In this document: piece by piece, positions 27,461-41,859 of the stretch | Layout: every line of letters starts with the position of its first letter | Numbering within the stretch: the stretch's first letter is position 1 | Assembly (NCBI GenBank): GCA_951406725.2 | Contig: OX597824.1 | Location: 48,670,001-48,734,000, forward strand | DNA length: 64,000 nucleotides | DNA from: Octopus vulgaris | Taxonomy: Eukaryota | Reading direction: 5' to 3' | Position numbers and translations under genes: made by a program | Notes under the pieces: model-generated | What the model saw: the letters and a program-made list of their open reading frames with translations, nothing else | Databases searched by the model: none | What the model was told of the DNA's origin: nothing

Positions 27461-28563
27461 TTTGCTGAACCACTGCCGAGCGAGAGGCCTTCCCTTACAA
27501 GTCTAGCTTCATTTTCGCTGTTACAGTCAGAGTTTCTTCGGAAACTCCTTTCTCTCATAAACTGAAATAAGGTAACGTTCATCTCCAACAACATCACCAC
27601 TATTATTTTTCGACATCTGATAGTTTTAAGCAACTTTTTATTGCACCATTTGTCGAACTTTTGTGCTGGTAGGATGGAGTGTGTTCTGCATTTTTTGGTG
27701 GGAGATGTTGCATTGTATCAGTATGTTTTGTTATGGGATTTGGTTTCAGTCTTCTGTTGCATTAGTTTTTTTTATTGTGTATTGTTTGTGCAGCGCAGGT
27801 TGTGTTCTATCGGGTATCAGCCTTCTATGGTACATATTGTGGGCTTTGTTCATTTTGCTGGGTATGTACGGTATGAGTTTATTCCTGTATGTTTTGGAAG
27901 AATGTTGCAACTATTTGATCGTATTTATGGTTTTCTGTCCACCGTTCTTTCTCCTTTGGTTGGTTTTGTTATGGGTTCGTTTTTACAGCGTTTTTAACTG
28001 AACACCGCCCATGTACATGAGTTGATGTTTCTTTCGTAGTTATAATTATTATTGATTTATCAGCAGGAAACCGAGAAGAAACAGCAATGTGCATGTATAT
28101 ACAGAGGTCTTGTATAAATATGGATGTGAATGTAATTAAAATGTTACTCACAGGTTTGTAGTTTTCGCATAGAAATATTGCAGTCCATGTGTTTACATTT
28201 TTACGCACATGTTGCTGTGGCGGCGCATTTGGGGGAAGCTATTTTTTGTATATATGTATAAATACTCCATATAAGAAAAATCTTTTAGTTTCCAGAGATA
28301 GCTTACATTAAAACATAGTTTTCTAATATTGTTTTTGCTGATTCTTAATTCCTGCTTCGTGATTGTTTCAGATTTGATCTATCTTCCCGGCAGCTCGCTG
28401 TCACACATGCATTCGCTGCGTATTATTATGATTATTATTATTATTATTACTACTACTACTACTGCTGCTGCTGGTGTTGCTGCTGCTACTGCTGCTACTA
28501 CTACTACTACTGCTGCTGCTGCTACTACTACTACAACTACTACTACTACTACAACAACAACAA

Positions 28564-28629
<66 letters not shown>

Positions 28630-28993
28630 AGGCGGTGAGCCGGAAAAATCGTTAACACGCCGGGCAAAATGCTTAGCAGCTCTTCGTCCATCGATATAAT
28701 CGACTTAACCACTCCCCTAAAATTGCAGGCCTTGTGCCTATAGTAGAAAAAATTGTTACTATTACCGTTGTTTTTGTTGCTGTTGTTGCTGTAGTTGTTG
28801 TTTAGCACACCGGGCGAGATGCTTAGCGGCATTTCGTCCGTCTTTACGTTCTGAGTTCAAATTCCGCTGAGGTCGACTTTGCCTTTCATCCTTTCGGGGT
28901 CGATAAAATAAGTACTAGTTAAACACTGGGGTCGATGTAATCGACTCATCACCTCCCCTAAAATTGATGCCCTTGTGGAAAAATTTGAAACCA
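28630..28993 (+). mobile_element. Two tandem SINE family B copies (first internally deleted)
   Basis: ggcggtgagccgga... at 28631 and ttagcacaccgggcgagatgc...aatttgaaacc at 28801-28993. Confidence 0.85.
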
Positions 28994-29046
28994 TTATCAT
29001 TATTATTATTATTATTATTATTATTGTTGTTATTATTATTATTATT

Positions 29047-29148
<102 letters not shown>

Positions 29149-30154
29149 GTTGTTGTTGATGATGATGATGTTTTATTCTAATCCTCAAATTTTTAGGAAA
29201 CTTGTTAATTGCTTACTCTTTCGGTGTTTTGTTATTGTTCAGTTTAACATACTTGCTGAACCGACCACGTCTCCAAAAAATTAGTTACGTCCATTAATTC
29301 TCGCTCCATTGATCCACGTGTTTGAGAAAAATATTGCAAAATAAATAAATAAATAAATAAATTTATATATATTTGGCGGCAAATATTGCCAGCGGCCAGT
29401 AAAAGATGGTAGCGAACATCTCACTAAATGTGCTACAATACTCAGATATATACCTCCATATTCTGAGTTCGAAACATTTCAAGCATAGTATATCTTGGGT
29501 ACTATTATCCAATATGTTCTACTTTCTTTATGATGATTGAATATTAGGAAGTTTGGTTGTTATTTCTAACGGATCGAACGATTAATAAAAGACTATGTCA
29601 TTGAATAGGTAATATGATTACCGCATTTGCCAGTGTATAAGGCGTTTCCCTATTATAACATATTTAATACGTTTCATCATATACGATTTAAAATGTCTTA
29701 TAAAGAGGTTTTATAGGGGAATATGTATGATTCTGTGCATATAAATACAATACCGTGGTAGTATACTGGAATAAAGTATGAAACGATAAATTATCATAAA
29801 TTAACTACGTTATATGAGTACTGTATTTAAATTTTGTCTTCTCTTAGATCAACTGCATAATTGTTTATATTTAGGTCAAAATAATTGCCGTATATATTTT
29901 TGGATATGATATTTTGTGTTTACCACGATTGGCCAGCAGAGTACTGCGCCACCGCTATGGTTTTGTTGTCATCCACTCATTGCAAATAGTTGGAAGGCAG
30001 ATAAAATTTTAACATTCCTTTCGTCTTTCTAGAAGTTCATGATTATTAAAAATGTTTCTTAAAGGTAACGGAGATTAGATAACGTAGGACAAATATCATG
30101 TGCGGGTTATGTATGCTAGAACGAGACGATGTGTCCTCTCCACATAACTACCGA

Positions 30155-30326
30155 CTGCGGTCATGCTAGAGCACTGCCTTAATGGATTTTAGTCGAACGA
30201 ATCGACCCAGGGCTTATTTTTTAAAGCCTAGTACTTATTCTATTGGTTACTTTTGCCGAACCACAACGTTACGGAGGTAGTGAAGGGACAAACACAGACT
30301 CAAAGACACAGACTCAAAGACACAGA

Positions 30327-30390
<64 letters not shown>

Positions 30391-30574
30391 ACATACACAC
30401 ACACATGCGACGGGCTTCTTTCAAGTTTCCATCTACCAAATCCACTCACAAGGCTTTGGTCGGCTTGAGGCTATAGTAGAAGACACTTGCCCAAAGTGAC
30501 ACGCTGTAAAACTGAACCCGGTATTATGTGGTTGGAAAGAGAAGCTTCTTATCACACTGCCACTCCTACACCTA
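30155..30574 (-). mobile_element. SINE family A
   Basis: Reverse-complement match to 20481-20885 with an internal (CA)n tract. Confidence 0.85.
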
Positions 30575-30887
30575 TTGTAAGCAATTTTTCGTGTATTTGT
30601 ACAAAATACACGTTTGACAATTTGTATGTGAAAGCTAAAGAACTATAGAGATTGTGGAAATCTAATCTCACGTTGACGATTTATCAGAAATATTTTCTTT
30701 GAATTTTCATCGGTATCATTTCTGATTCATTTAATATGGACAGCAAATATTTTAGCTATAATTTTCGTTTCTGACATAGCAGCCCCATGGAATGTGTATT
30801 ATGAAATTTGTAGTAATGTATCTGATATATACACACAAACATACGCACACATGATCATAGATACGTGCGTACACACGCATATATAAG

Positions 30888-30919
<32 letters not shown>

Positions 30920-31739
30920 AATATAATCGTCTTATATATATGCATATGTATATATGTGCGTGTATGTGAGTGATCATGTAAAAGTATGTTCACGTATATA
31001 CATGTGAAATGTAATATATGTACAATGTATGTATATGCAATGTCATATGAACATATATAAATTTACATGTATATAATATATATAATCTACGTTGTACTTA
31101 TAGGGAAAAAGACGGACATTTAATATTGATATTACTACAAACATTACATAGGCATGACTGAGGGAGCTTTCACACACACTTCTACATCAATATTTCATCA
31201 TTTTACAACGAAGAGTAGAACGGAACTGCCATTACGAGATATATATGGAACTTAAAAAACAATGGAATTAATCCTTTTAACATACTTGCAGATATTCTGA
31301 AGCAAAACAAACCACAAACCAATGATTCCAAGATTGTCAGCTTATATATTACAGAGAATTTTTCTTTTCTTTTCTTTTATTTTAAATACTGGAGTACCCA
31401 TGACCCGTTGGGTCACCAGGAGAGTCTGAGTTTCCCAGGAACGGAATTTTGTTTCCTGGATTTTTTTCTTGTTTTCCAGGTTATCTCGCACGCTTTCAAT
31501 GAATGTGACATCGAAATCACGCGTAAATGGCACCTTTCCCAGAGAAGGAAAGATTTGGATGCTATTTCTTGCACCCACTGCTACCATGTAACAGGTATTT
31601 CAGGTCCTTTATTGCAAATAGCTGTTACAGGATAGCAGGGCGTGCTAGAAATAGCAGCCAAATATTTGGAGGTAAGATACGTTGAATGCACTCGAAAAAA
31701 AGAACGATGGAAAAAGTTATTTCACACCGAGGTTACGAT

Positions 31740-32310
31740 CGGGTCTTTTACGAAATGTTTACTGTGTTTTTAAATCATTTTCACTTTAAAATATTTTGAA
31801 AATATGCCAGGAAAAATTTGGAACGGTATTCACTTGAAAATAATTTTTAAAAATATAAAAATATTGTTTGCTTAAAGAAAGCTAAAATATAAATACTGTA
31901 CAAACAACTTACATTTTTGAAATCACATTCACTTAAAAATATTTCTGAATGACTGAAATAATGTGTTTGACAAAAGCGAAAATAGAAACATTTTCTGTAA
32001 AAAATCAAATTGTATTTTTTCGTTGTCAAGTCATTGTATCTAATCAAAAGGTAAGAGTTTTTCCCTTTCAGGATTTACTTATTTTCGGAATATTTTCCAT
32101 TATGCACCATTTTGGGTATTTATGCCCCCGAAAATCTCTAATATCTCAAAAACTACTTGTCCGATTTACGCGAAACCTGTTTCATTCCGTTCGTATTAAC
32201 ATTTCAGGGAAACTAATTCATAGTATTTTCCCATTATGCGCCAGTTTGGCTGGGTAACATTGCAAGCAAGCAAACAAGATTCAAGCTGACTTTTAATGTA
32301 TTATAGATAC
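31740..32310 (+). mobile_element. Possible non-autonomous Helentron/Helitron-like element
   Basis: atatctcaaaaactacttgtccgattt motif, duplicated tattttccattatgc, short (GCAA)n and terminal tattatagat resemble Helentron-associated elements. Confidence 0.35.
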
Positions 32311-32739
32311 ACAAGACCTCAAGCATTTAATTAAACAGTCTAAGGTTTCATCAAGTGTAAATATCAACATACTCATTTTCAGTTAACTCTAATGGTTGAA
32401 TATCAATTAATGTATAACAATTTGTTGGTGATAGCTAGAAATTTTATAGCATATCGGATTTTTCATTTCCACATCTATACTTTTTTCTGAATCCGATGAA
32501 AATTATATCTAGTTACCTATTTTGCATTTTAACCTTTCTTTTTCGTAGACAATAGAATTTTATTTGAGGAATATTTGTCTACAGGTTTGTAATAAAAGGC
32601 ATTCCAGCAGTGTATCTTTATGTGTATCTGAGACTGTATTATGTCTTGCGTCCTTCCTTTTTCAAAGTGTGAAGGATATGATTTCAGGGAAATTTTGACT
32701 GCTATTCCTTAAAAATCGAGTTTCCACCTAGTTCAGGAT

Positions 32740-33079
32740 GAGGAGGAGGAGGAGGTGGTGGTGATGGTGGGAGTGGTTGCATTGGTTGCGCTTGTTGTTA
32801 ACGAGGCGATGCAGTTGATGCTGTTGCTGATGATGATGATTATGAAATATTGTTGTTGTTTAATTCCAGGTTAACCCTGACTGAACAAACCTTTGATCAA
32901 AGACAGTTCAGTTATAACCAACACGCCATAGAGGTGGTGGTGGTGACGACGACGACTACAACGAGGATGATGATGATGATGACGATGGCTACAACGACCG
33001 CGATGATGATGATCGTACTATTATAGTTACAGTGCGTTGTTTGCTTGCAAATAGTTATCCAGCAGCTGCGACGGCAATT

Positions 33080-33116
<37 letters not shown>

Positions 33117-33120
33117 TAGC

Positions 33121-33202
<82 letters not shown>

Positions 33203-33568
33203 GGTGGTGGTGGTGGTGTCGTCGTCGTCGTCGTCATCGTTGTTATAATCTTAAATCTGGAGGTGACGACTGTTATTGGTTTTCATGTTGGTATAATTAT
33301 TTCTCAAGATGTTCCAATTTTTACACGACATGGTTGTCGTTGGTGTCGCCGTCAATGTCGTCGCTGTCGCTGTGGTATGACGATGATGATGATGATGATG
33401 ATGACGACGACGACGACAGTGATGATGTTTGCGGTGGCGGTGGTGATGGTGGTGATGATGATGATTATGATGGTGGTGAGGGTGAGGGTGATGAGGATAA
33501 TGATGACGACGACGGTGACAACGATGATGATGAGGATGATGATGATAATGATGGCATAGTTTCTGTCT

Positions 33569-33609
<41 letters not shown>

Positions 33610-34142
33610 ATTATTGTTGTTGCAATGGTGGTAGAGGATGTAGTGATATGACATTGGGAGAAGAGCTATTGATTTTGCTGTTGTTGGCGTTAGTCTTTCT
33701 TGATGTTATTTCATATTGTTGTTTTCGTTTTTGGTGTTGCAGCTGCTGCTGCTGCTGGTAGTGTTTTTTTTTTTGTTTGTTTGTTTTTGTTAGTGATAAG
33801 GGTGCTGGTGGTACAGTGATGCAGTGATGGTAGTGGTGGTTATGGTAATGGTATGAGTGATTTGGTGTTGAGGTTGACGTTGCTGTTTTTTATCTGATGA
33901 TGATGACGATGATGATGATGACGATGATGAAGATTTTGAAAATCGTCATCATCGTCATAATAATAATAATAATAACAACAACAACAATAATAATAATAAT
34001 AATAATAATAATAACGATGACAATAACAATAATAACAACAACAGTAATTATTTTCATCATAATACTTATCATCATCAACGTCATTATCCTTATCATGACC
34101 ATCATGATCATGATGATGATGATCATCATCATTGTCATTATC

Positions 34143-34203
<61 letters not shown>

Positions 34204-34633
34204 TTATGATTATGATTATAATTATAATTATAATTACCATTATAATACTTATCATCAACATCATCATCATCCTCATCATCACCACAAACACCACCACAAA
34301 CACCACCATCACCATTATTATTATCTTCATCATCATCATCATCATCAATGTTCTGATGAAGTCAGTGTTGGTTTGTTGGTGTTGCTGCTGGTGAGGAATA
34401 TGTTTCCTTTTAACGTTGACATTTCTGTTGTTGGTGATGATGATGGGAGTAATGATAATAATGATAGTGGTTCTAGTGGTTCTGGTGTTGGTCGTGGTCG
34501 TGGTGGTGGTTGCGGCGGCGGCAGTGGCGGCAGTGGTGCGGCAGAAGTGGTGGCGGCGGTGGTGATGTTACTGCTGTTTTAAATCGAATTAAAGGATCTT
34601 GCATCGACGTCATTAAGCTAAGATGGCATAGTA

Positions 34634-34691
<58 letters not shown>

Positions 34692-35285
34692 TCTTCTCTC
34701 ACCCTCTCGCCCTCACTTTATCTCGTTCTCTTTCTCTCTCTCTCTTCAGCTTCTTTCCTTCTTCCTGTCGCTGTTTCTCTATCTTTCTACGTCACTAAGT
34801 CAGTTCTATCAGCAAGCCATAGTAAAATAGATAAAGCAGACATATTTGACTATAACACAAACTGCGCTGAATTCTTTCGGCTTCTTCTTTCCTTTCAGTA
34901 TCTGCTACTCCGCCATATTGTGACAATGTCTGTATTGGAATGTGTTTGCACGCGAACAGAAACAAAAAGAATGAAAAAGATACCAATAAGTTTGAACGAT
35001 GTGTAATGTTCCAAATAGCAACAACAACGACGACGACAGGAGCAGCAGCAGCAGCAGCAGCAACAACAACAACAACAACTACAGTAGCAGTTGCAGCCGC
35101 AACAAGAAGAAAAAAAACAACAAAGACAACTGGAGAAGCAAAAACAAGTTCTGCAGCAGCAGTAGTAGCAGTGATTTCAAATACCAATATTAACATCAAC
35201 ATCATCACTAACATCAACAACATCAATAATAGCAACAATAACAGCAACATCAACAACAGTAACACCATAACAACAACGTCATAAC
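32740..35285. repeat. Compound trinucleotide microsatellite field (GAT/GTA/GTT/GGT/TAA/CAA)
   Basis: Direct reading; this field generates the homopolymeric track ORFs. Confidence 0.9.
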
Positions 35286-35979
35286 CCTAATTCTGACAGA
35301 TGGTCAACAATTTGGAGGGGCGGGGCAAGTCGATTATATCTCTCGTAATATTTGGCTGGTACTTCATTTCATCGATAGATCATGACCTTGGTTTTCATGG
35401 AATTTAACCGAAAATGAACCTTGGCACATCTTATTCAAAACTTGTTCCATGGGATCTGACAGCATCCACATAGAACAACAAGCAGTCGTCTAACCTCTGA
35501 GCTATAATAGTAAATGCAAGACCCTCCTCCCATTCATTGATAGCTAGTTGACCTACGTAATCCAGTGTTATTAGACGGTGGAAAGAGTCGAAAGTGTCTA
35601 CACTCTATACTCGCGCTAGAATAGCAACTTCCCGCTTTTGCTGTCAAGTATTACTGCTTCGGTACTTCGACGCAGACACATAGGTCTTATTGTCCGGGGT
35701 AGGTTTGGAAAGACATTATAGGTCTTAACTATTTCCATCATCCCGTCTCTATGCAATGAGTCAGATACATATTTCGAATCAGCAAAACACATCATCACTG
35801 TCGGGTTGTTCATTACCTGCCGAAACAGAGTACGCAGAAAAGCAAATGTCCAGTTAAATAACTTCACTGACAAGTTTGCAGGTAATACAAAATGGCTCCC
35901 ACGTAATGGATTGCACTATGAGATTGCTGAGTGCTAGACATAGTCAGCTTACCGACCGATTCAACATAATCATGAAATA

Positions 35980-36200
35980 ATATTGGTTTCAAATTTTAGT
36001 ACGAGGCCAGTAATTTCGGAGGAGGAGATTAGTCGATTTCATTGATCCCAGTATTCAACTGGTACTTATTTTATCGACCCCAAAATGATGAAAGGCAAAG
36101 TCGACCTCGGAGGAATTTGAACTCAAAACGTACAGACGGACGAAATGCCGCTAAACCTTTTGCCAGGTATGCTAACGATTCTGTAAGCACACCGCCTTAT
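35980..36200 (-). mobile_element. SINE family B
   Basis: attggtttcaaatttt...ggtacttattttatcgacccc...caccgcctta. Confidence 0.85.
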
Positions 36201-36392
36201 AGTCATACAATAATATTAATCCGATCACATATTTTATTAATCTTGTTGTTTATCTCCAGGTCATCCCTGGCCAAAGAAAGCCATTCTCACCGTGACCATA
36301 CTTGCTTTGATTTTAGATATGTAGAACCATATCGTCCAATGTGTGCCTCCATTTTAAAGCCGGACAATAGGTTTAGGGACTATTTGTAGATG

Positions 36393-36650
36393 ATTAGAAA
36401 ATTACTATTTTTTAAATCTCACAACGAGAGATGTTCAGCAACAGTACTTTGATCAGATTCCCTTGTTCGAAAATATAAGGACACAGATCGTGTCGTATAG
36501 CTAGCTGGAGACGATGTCTCCTGGGGCTAAATTACAGCAACATTCGTCCTAAACCAGGACTGTCATGTTATGTTGGCAAACAATCTTTACTCCAAAGTAC
36601 TGTTGCTGAATGTCTCTCGTTGTGAGATTAAAAAATAGTAATTTTCTAAT
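36393..36650. repeat. MITE-like fold-back with ~60-bp inverted arms
   Basis: attagaaaattactatttttt..atctcacaacgagag..ttcagcaacagtactttg versus caaagtactgttgctgaa..ctctcgttgtgagat..aaaatagtaattttctaat. Confidence 0.75.
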
Positions 36651-36699
36651 TTATAGATCAAGTGACTAGTTGCCACTTTGAAAACTATATATATCGAAC

Positions 36700-39600
36700 G
36701 GGAATTAGGCAGCACCACCTCTACTCGAACAATTTTTTGTTGTTTTTTTGAAGAACTCTAGCCGTATGTTTTCTTGGGTGGTGGTGAATAACTGAGAAAA
36801 ATGAGAAGTTATGCAGAAATGACTAGAGATCGAGTTCCCCTAGACCCACGTGTGCTGAAACAGGAGATTTTACAGTGGAATGGAGAGCGGATAAAGAAAT
36901 ATAATAGTATGGTAGAGAAGGAAGGAACAAATATAAAAATGATCCTGCCAGAGGAGGAAAAAGTGAAAATGGAAAAGAAGACGGTCATTCTCAAAACATT
37001 TTCGAATAAAAATAGAATTGAACACGCGCTGCAAGAAGAAATAGAAGAAATTTTGGAAGAACATATAGGAGATTACATAGCGTTCTTTACGAGAGGAAAG
37101 AGATATGCGTCGATAGTGGCAACCTTTATATTAGAAGACGAGGCGTAAAAAACCTCCAACAAGTTGATACATGGAGAAAAATGGACTTTGATGCCAAACT
37201 GTTTGGACAAAAGAATTGTCAGAATTAGGGTAGGAAGAACCCCACCGTGGATAGACTCAGAGTGGATAATAGCCGCAATTTTTTATTCGGATATGATGAA
37301 GGAAAGCGAAGACGTGAAGATGGGCATGATAAACCCAACCCAACAAGTGAAGTGCTGGGGCTACGGATTACAGATAATTTGTGCAGTGAGCCTGAAATAT
37401 TACAACGAAATGCCTGAAACTTTATAGCTACCAAACAAATAAAAGCTGGAGATAATGATGGAATTTAATATTGCATCAAAAAACGATTTTCCCGAGATAG
37501 GAAAAGGTAATACCAGTGAAAATGTAGGTGAAACGAAAGCACAGGAAAAGTAAAAACCCAGGTTTTCTGTCGCTGTAGGTGGCAATGTAACGGAAATGGA
37601 GGTAAAAATGGAGCAACTATTTAAGTTTCGTAACTTTATCAGGAAAAGTGGTAGCGACACAAAACTACTGCCTTCTCCAGAAAAAGTGCAAGCGATAAAT
37701 GCGCAAACGGTAGTGTATAATATTTACAACCTTAAAGAAAAGAGAATTATGGACGCCAAGAATGACGTCGTTGAAAGATATTTGGTCTCTATATGGAACC
37801 AAGTAACCTACGTTAGCCGTGGAACGAGAAGCGAAACGGTGGAAGCCGAGTTCGAAACGGCTAACGTAGCGAGGGAGGTCTCCACGAAGAACTTAAGAAG
37901 CGAGGAAATAATTCTGTTACTCACGTACTTGGGTCGCAGAATGGCGAAAATTACAGTAGAGAAGATTCCGGCTGGTTATGAGGTTATATGGGTCGCAGCG
38001 ACAGTCATAAACGACGTGGAGGAGGCGTTGTCGATATTACAAATAAAAAAAAGAAGCCATCAACTAGAAAGGCCAATCCCTCGAGATGGTCGTTCAAGCG
38101 TCGAACGAAACGCTAGAAAATTTGCCCGATAGGGTATTTGTAGAGGAGGGGCTAGCCATGAGAGTAGCCGTTGAGGGATGTAAGCCTCTTTGTTTCAAGT
38201 GTGGAGAAAAGGGCCACGTCCGTTCAAAGTGCACGAAAAAGAAAGACAACGAGGCCTCTCCCCAAAAAGCTGCTAAGGTGGTAAAAGGAAGAAACGAAAA
38301 GCCGGAAAATACAACAGAAACGAAAGAGGGAAAAATGGCGGAAGAAAAGACAGATAAGAGCGATGAAATGGAGTATACCACAGTATCGCACAAAAGGAAA
38401 AAAGCACAAGTCCAAGACTCCCCTCCTCAAACAAAAAATCACTTAAACACACAACAGACACACAAAACAAAATTCCCCAAACCAACCCAACTGTGAAACC
38501 TTTTACTAAACCCCTTCCCAAAACACAAGAAAGAATTGTTTCCTATGTGGAAAAAAACGAGCAGTTGTCTGCCATCATAAGTTTTCAAAATAATTAAAGA
38601 TACGCTTCCGAATAAATGGACGCGGGCCTATTTTTGGAACTGAAGGGAAGGTATACGAAGGATATCAGAGACGTCAGCTCCGAAATGGCAGACGAAAGAT
38701 TCTTAACAAGCCTAGCGGCTACACCAATGACATGCCCAGTGGCTACACTATTAAAATAAAAGGATGGGGAGGCAGCCGAATTTGTGCAGCCCCTCCCCAA
38801 ATTCAAACTGTAAGTTACTCCTTTTTTCCATTTTTCACTATGGCGATTAAGTTAGGGAATATAAATGTACGTGGGCTGAGGTCGAAATAGAAACAAGCTT
38901 GTCTCCTGAACGACCTCAGATCACGAGATATAGATGTATGCATTGCAAATGAGTTCAAGTTGAATGGACCACAAGCATTCTCGCCTCTTCTAAATGGCTA
39001 CGAGAAATCTATTTCTCCTAGCCGATGAGGAGGAGGGGGCGTGGTAGTCTTGCTCAGGAAGAATTTGGTCTTACAGGTAAGTACAGTCTTTCTGGACCCA
39101 GAAGGTAGGCTGGTCGTCCTAGATGTGACCCACGAGAGTAAACAGTCCTCAGGCTGGTGGCTATCTATGCTCCTAAGGAGTGTAGGCAGTCTGGTTTTTA
39201 TCGAGACCTAAAGCACTTTCTAGTGACGTCAAAAACGGTAGTTCTCTTAGGAGACTTTAACACTATCCTCGATGCACGAGTGGATAGTGTTGGCTCGACT
39301 GATAGGAGGGGAAATCCTGGCCTCAAGGGTCTACTAGAGAGCTTTAGTCTTGTACCTTACACGGATCACAAATTTGTGGCGTGTGAGGTACATATAGATA
39401 ATATCATAGACAGGGACCCGGGTACTGGAAGATGAACAAGTCTATTTTGACTTGTGAAAACTTCCGTGCCCTGATTAATAATAGATGGTGGCACACCCTC
39501 AAGAGAGCCATTCGTTTAGAGTCTATTAGATTTAGCAATCAGCTAAGTTTAGATAGATCTAGAATAGAAAGGAAACTAGTTAAGCATTTAGACGAGGCTA

Positions 39601-40815
39601 TGGAATCTGGCTCTGCAGCTAGAGTGCTGGCGACGAGAACGGTCTTATACAGTCACCTCAAAGCCAAACACGAAGACTGCAGAGTTAGAGCTAAGCTCCG
39701 TGCAGTGGGTCGAGAAAGTATTAACGTTACCGGATGGGCCCGTCGTGTGGAGTGTCAGATGGGCAAAAAAGCCTCTATAAAGTCTTTAACTGACGAGCAG
39801 GGGTGACAGATCTATGGACAGGAAATGATGCAAAAGGCCTTTCACCACCATTTCGTTCGGTTGTTTGGGGAGAGCTACGTGCTTTAGCGTGGGGAGCCCT
39901 TAAAGGACTTCCTAGCCGGTGGGCCGCGACTCTCAGCACGGGAGGCGGAATGCTGTGAAGAACCGATTACTCCTGCGGAGGTACAAGAGGTGTTGGCCGA
40001 GAACAAGTCACCGGGGCTGGATAGTCTACCCTATGAGTTTTATCGTATCTGCCGGACTTGTTCGGGGACCTACTGACCAGCACATGTACAAACTGGCAAA
40101 GCCGTTTTCGATTAAGCGCTCAGTTCGTCAAGGGTGACTCCTGTCTCCGCTTCTGTACGCGTTTGCTCTTGAGTCATTGCTGCGGAAGTTGGGGAAGTTG
40201 AGAGGCAACCCTAATGAAATCGGATGCGGTAAGTCGGTCTCTGCTTACGCGGATTACGTCACCTTCATCATGTCCAATGAAGCACAGCTACCTTGTGTAG
40301 AGGACGCTATCAAAGGATACGAGGCAGTGGCAGGGCCAAAAGTTAACAAGGACAAGTCCATCGGCTTGCGCCTCGACAACTGGAGGAGCAAGTTGATATC
40401 GTCCAGTGTCGTGTGTCACTGGACAGATGGCCAGTTAAATTGATGGAGTTTGGTTAGGACCGGACTCCCAGACGGAGAAAAATTGAAGCGAGGTGGCAGA
40501 CAAGGTGGAGGCTCAAATCCGGACTTGGTCCGGAAGGGCTCTGCCCTTGAAAGGAAGGTCGGAGGTGGTACAGGTGTTTATTGCATCTGTAATCACCTAC
40601 CGCCTGACCGTTGTCCCTTGCCCCGATTCGTAGCTAAACAAGTTGAATGCCTCCTTTTCTGCTTTTTGTGGAAGGTAGGAAAGCCACTTGTGAGGTGCTC
40701 CGTTTGCTGCCAGGAACCGCTAAAGTGTGGGTTAGGGATGCCCTGGCTAATGATGCGCAGACATGCGTTGAGGCTGAGACATCTCTGGTGTTACCTGGAA
40801 GGTGATAAGGTGTGA
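36700..40815 (+). mobile_element. Tx1/L1-clade non-LTR retrotransposon, decayed (ORF1 with CCHC knuckle; ORF2 APE endonuclease + RT)
   Basis: CFKCGEKGHVRSKC at 38191; ORF2 from ATG 38840 with NINVRGL, DPEGRLVVLDV, AIYAP, LGDFN, TDH, PGYWKMN, KSPGLD..PYEFY, SVRQG*.LSPLLY, SAYADYV, KVNKDKS. Confidence 0.9.
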
Positions 40816-41100
40816 AATTCGCTGGGAGAGGAATAAACCAGGGGTATATTATCTAGTTTTATTAAACAAACCTGAATGAAAGTAAGCATTTGCTCCGGTG
40901 AGATGTGAATTCGGGTACTAAAGAGACAACTAAATACTTAATGATTTTAAATTTGACGACTATTATTATTACCACCAGCACAACTACTAAATAACAACAG
41001 TAACAACAACAATATCAATAACAATAATAACAATGGTTTCAAATTTTGGCACAAGGCCACCAATTTAAGGGAGGGGTAAATTGGCTACATCGACCGAATT

Positions 41101-41859
41101 GCCGCTTTAAAAGATAGTGGTTTTAGCGAAAAAATAAAATATACACCTATCACTAGCCCAACAGTAAGGAAAAGGAATAATAGAAATAGGAAGGTCATCT
41201 GGTTTACGCCCCCTTACTTACCCGAGGTGGCCTTCAATATAGGTAAATATTTCCTAGCACTGATAGATAGACATTTTCCAGTTAACCATACTTATAGAAA
41301 ACTCTTCAATAGACACAATTTAAAAATTAGTTTTAGTTCAACTACCAATTTTAAAAACATAATCAAACATAACATACAAAAAACACAACAAGAAAACAGC
41401 TGTTCATGCAGGAATAAAGAATTGTGCCCGCTAAATGGAGCTTGCATGTCCAAGACCATCATATATGAAGCTACCGTAAACTCTATAACCACTAAAGACA
41501 CCGTTTCGACGAAGAAATACGTGGGCCTTACAGAGGGTAATTTCAAGGCCAGGTTCAATAACCACACTTTGAGCTTTAGGCACTGGAAAAAAAGAAAAGC
41601 GACACAATTATCTAATCATATTTGGTCTTTAAGAGATAAAGGTGTCGATTATAACATACAATGGAATATTTTGGCCAGATGTAAGCCCTATACCAACGGC
41701 AGCGGAAGGTGCGGTCTATGCGACATGGAGAGATGGCTTATCTGGAAAAGCAGCTTAGACCCTACTACATGTCTAAATACAAGGACAGAACTTTTCGGAT
41801 CATGCCCACATGTGACTAAATTTCTGTTACGTTTTTGGTCCCCTAAAGAAAACAGATAG
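41101..41859 (+). CDS. 5'-truncated Naiad-type Penelope-like ORF: linker, Zn finger and GIY-YIG endonuclease, uninterrupted frame
   Basis: Frame open from 41101 (ALKDSGF..., RKVIWFTPPY) through CSC..CP..G.C, IIY..YVG.TE, R..NH, HIW, CxxC, LNTRTE, CPH to the stop at 41859. Confidence 0.85.
   Translation, partial: AALKDSGFSEKIKYTPITSPTVRKRNNRNRKVIWFTPPYLPEVAFNIGKYFLALIDRHFPVNHTYRKLFNRHNLKISFSSTTNFKNIIKHNIQKTQQENSCSCRNKELCPLNGACMSKTIIYEATVNSITTKDTVSTKKYVGLTEGNFKARFNNHTLSFRHWKKRKATQLSNHIWSLRDKGVDYNIQWNILARCKPYTNGSGRCGLCDMERWLIWKSSLDPTTCLNTRTELFGSCPHVTKFLLRFWSPKENR

Noticed and set aside
27641-28001. Overlapping hydrophobic ORFs of 112-118 aa
   Set aside because: GT-rich compositional artefact, probably the antisense of a decayed retroelement; no recognisable motif.
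33032-35284. Homopolymeric ORFs (poly-V, D, I, M, N)
   Set aside because: They are by-products of stop-free microsatellites in several frames.
40134-40137. TGA at the Cys of RQGCPLSP as selenocysteine
   Set aside because: The element has many other stops and frameshifts, so this is best read as ordinary decay.
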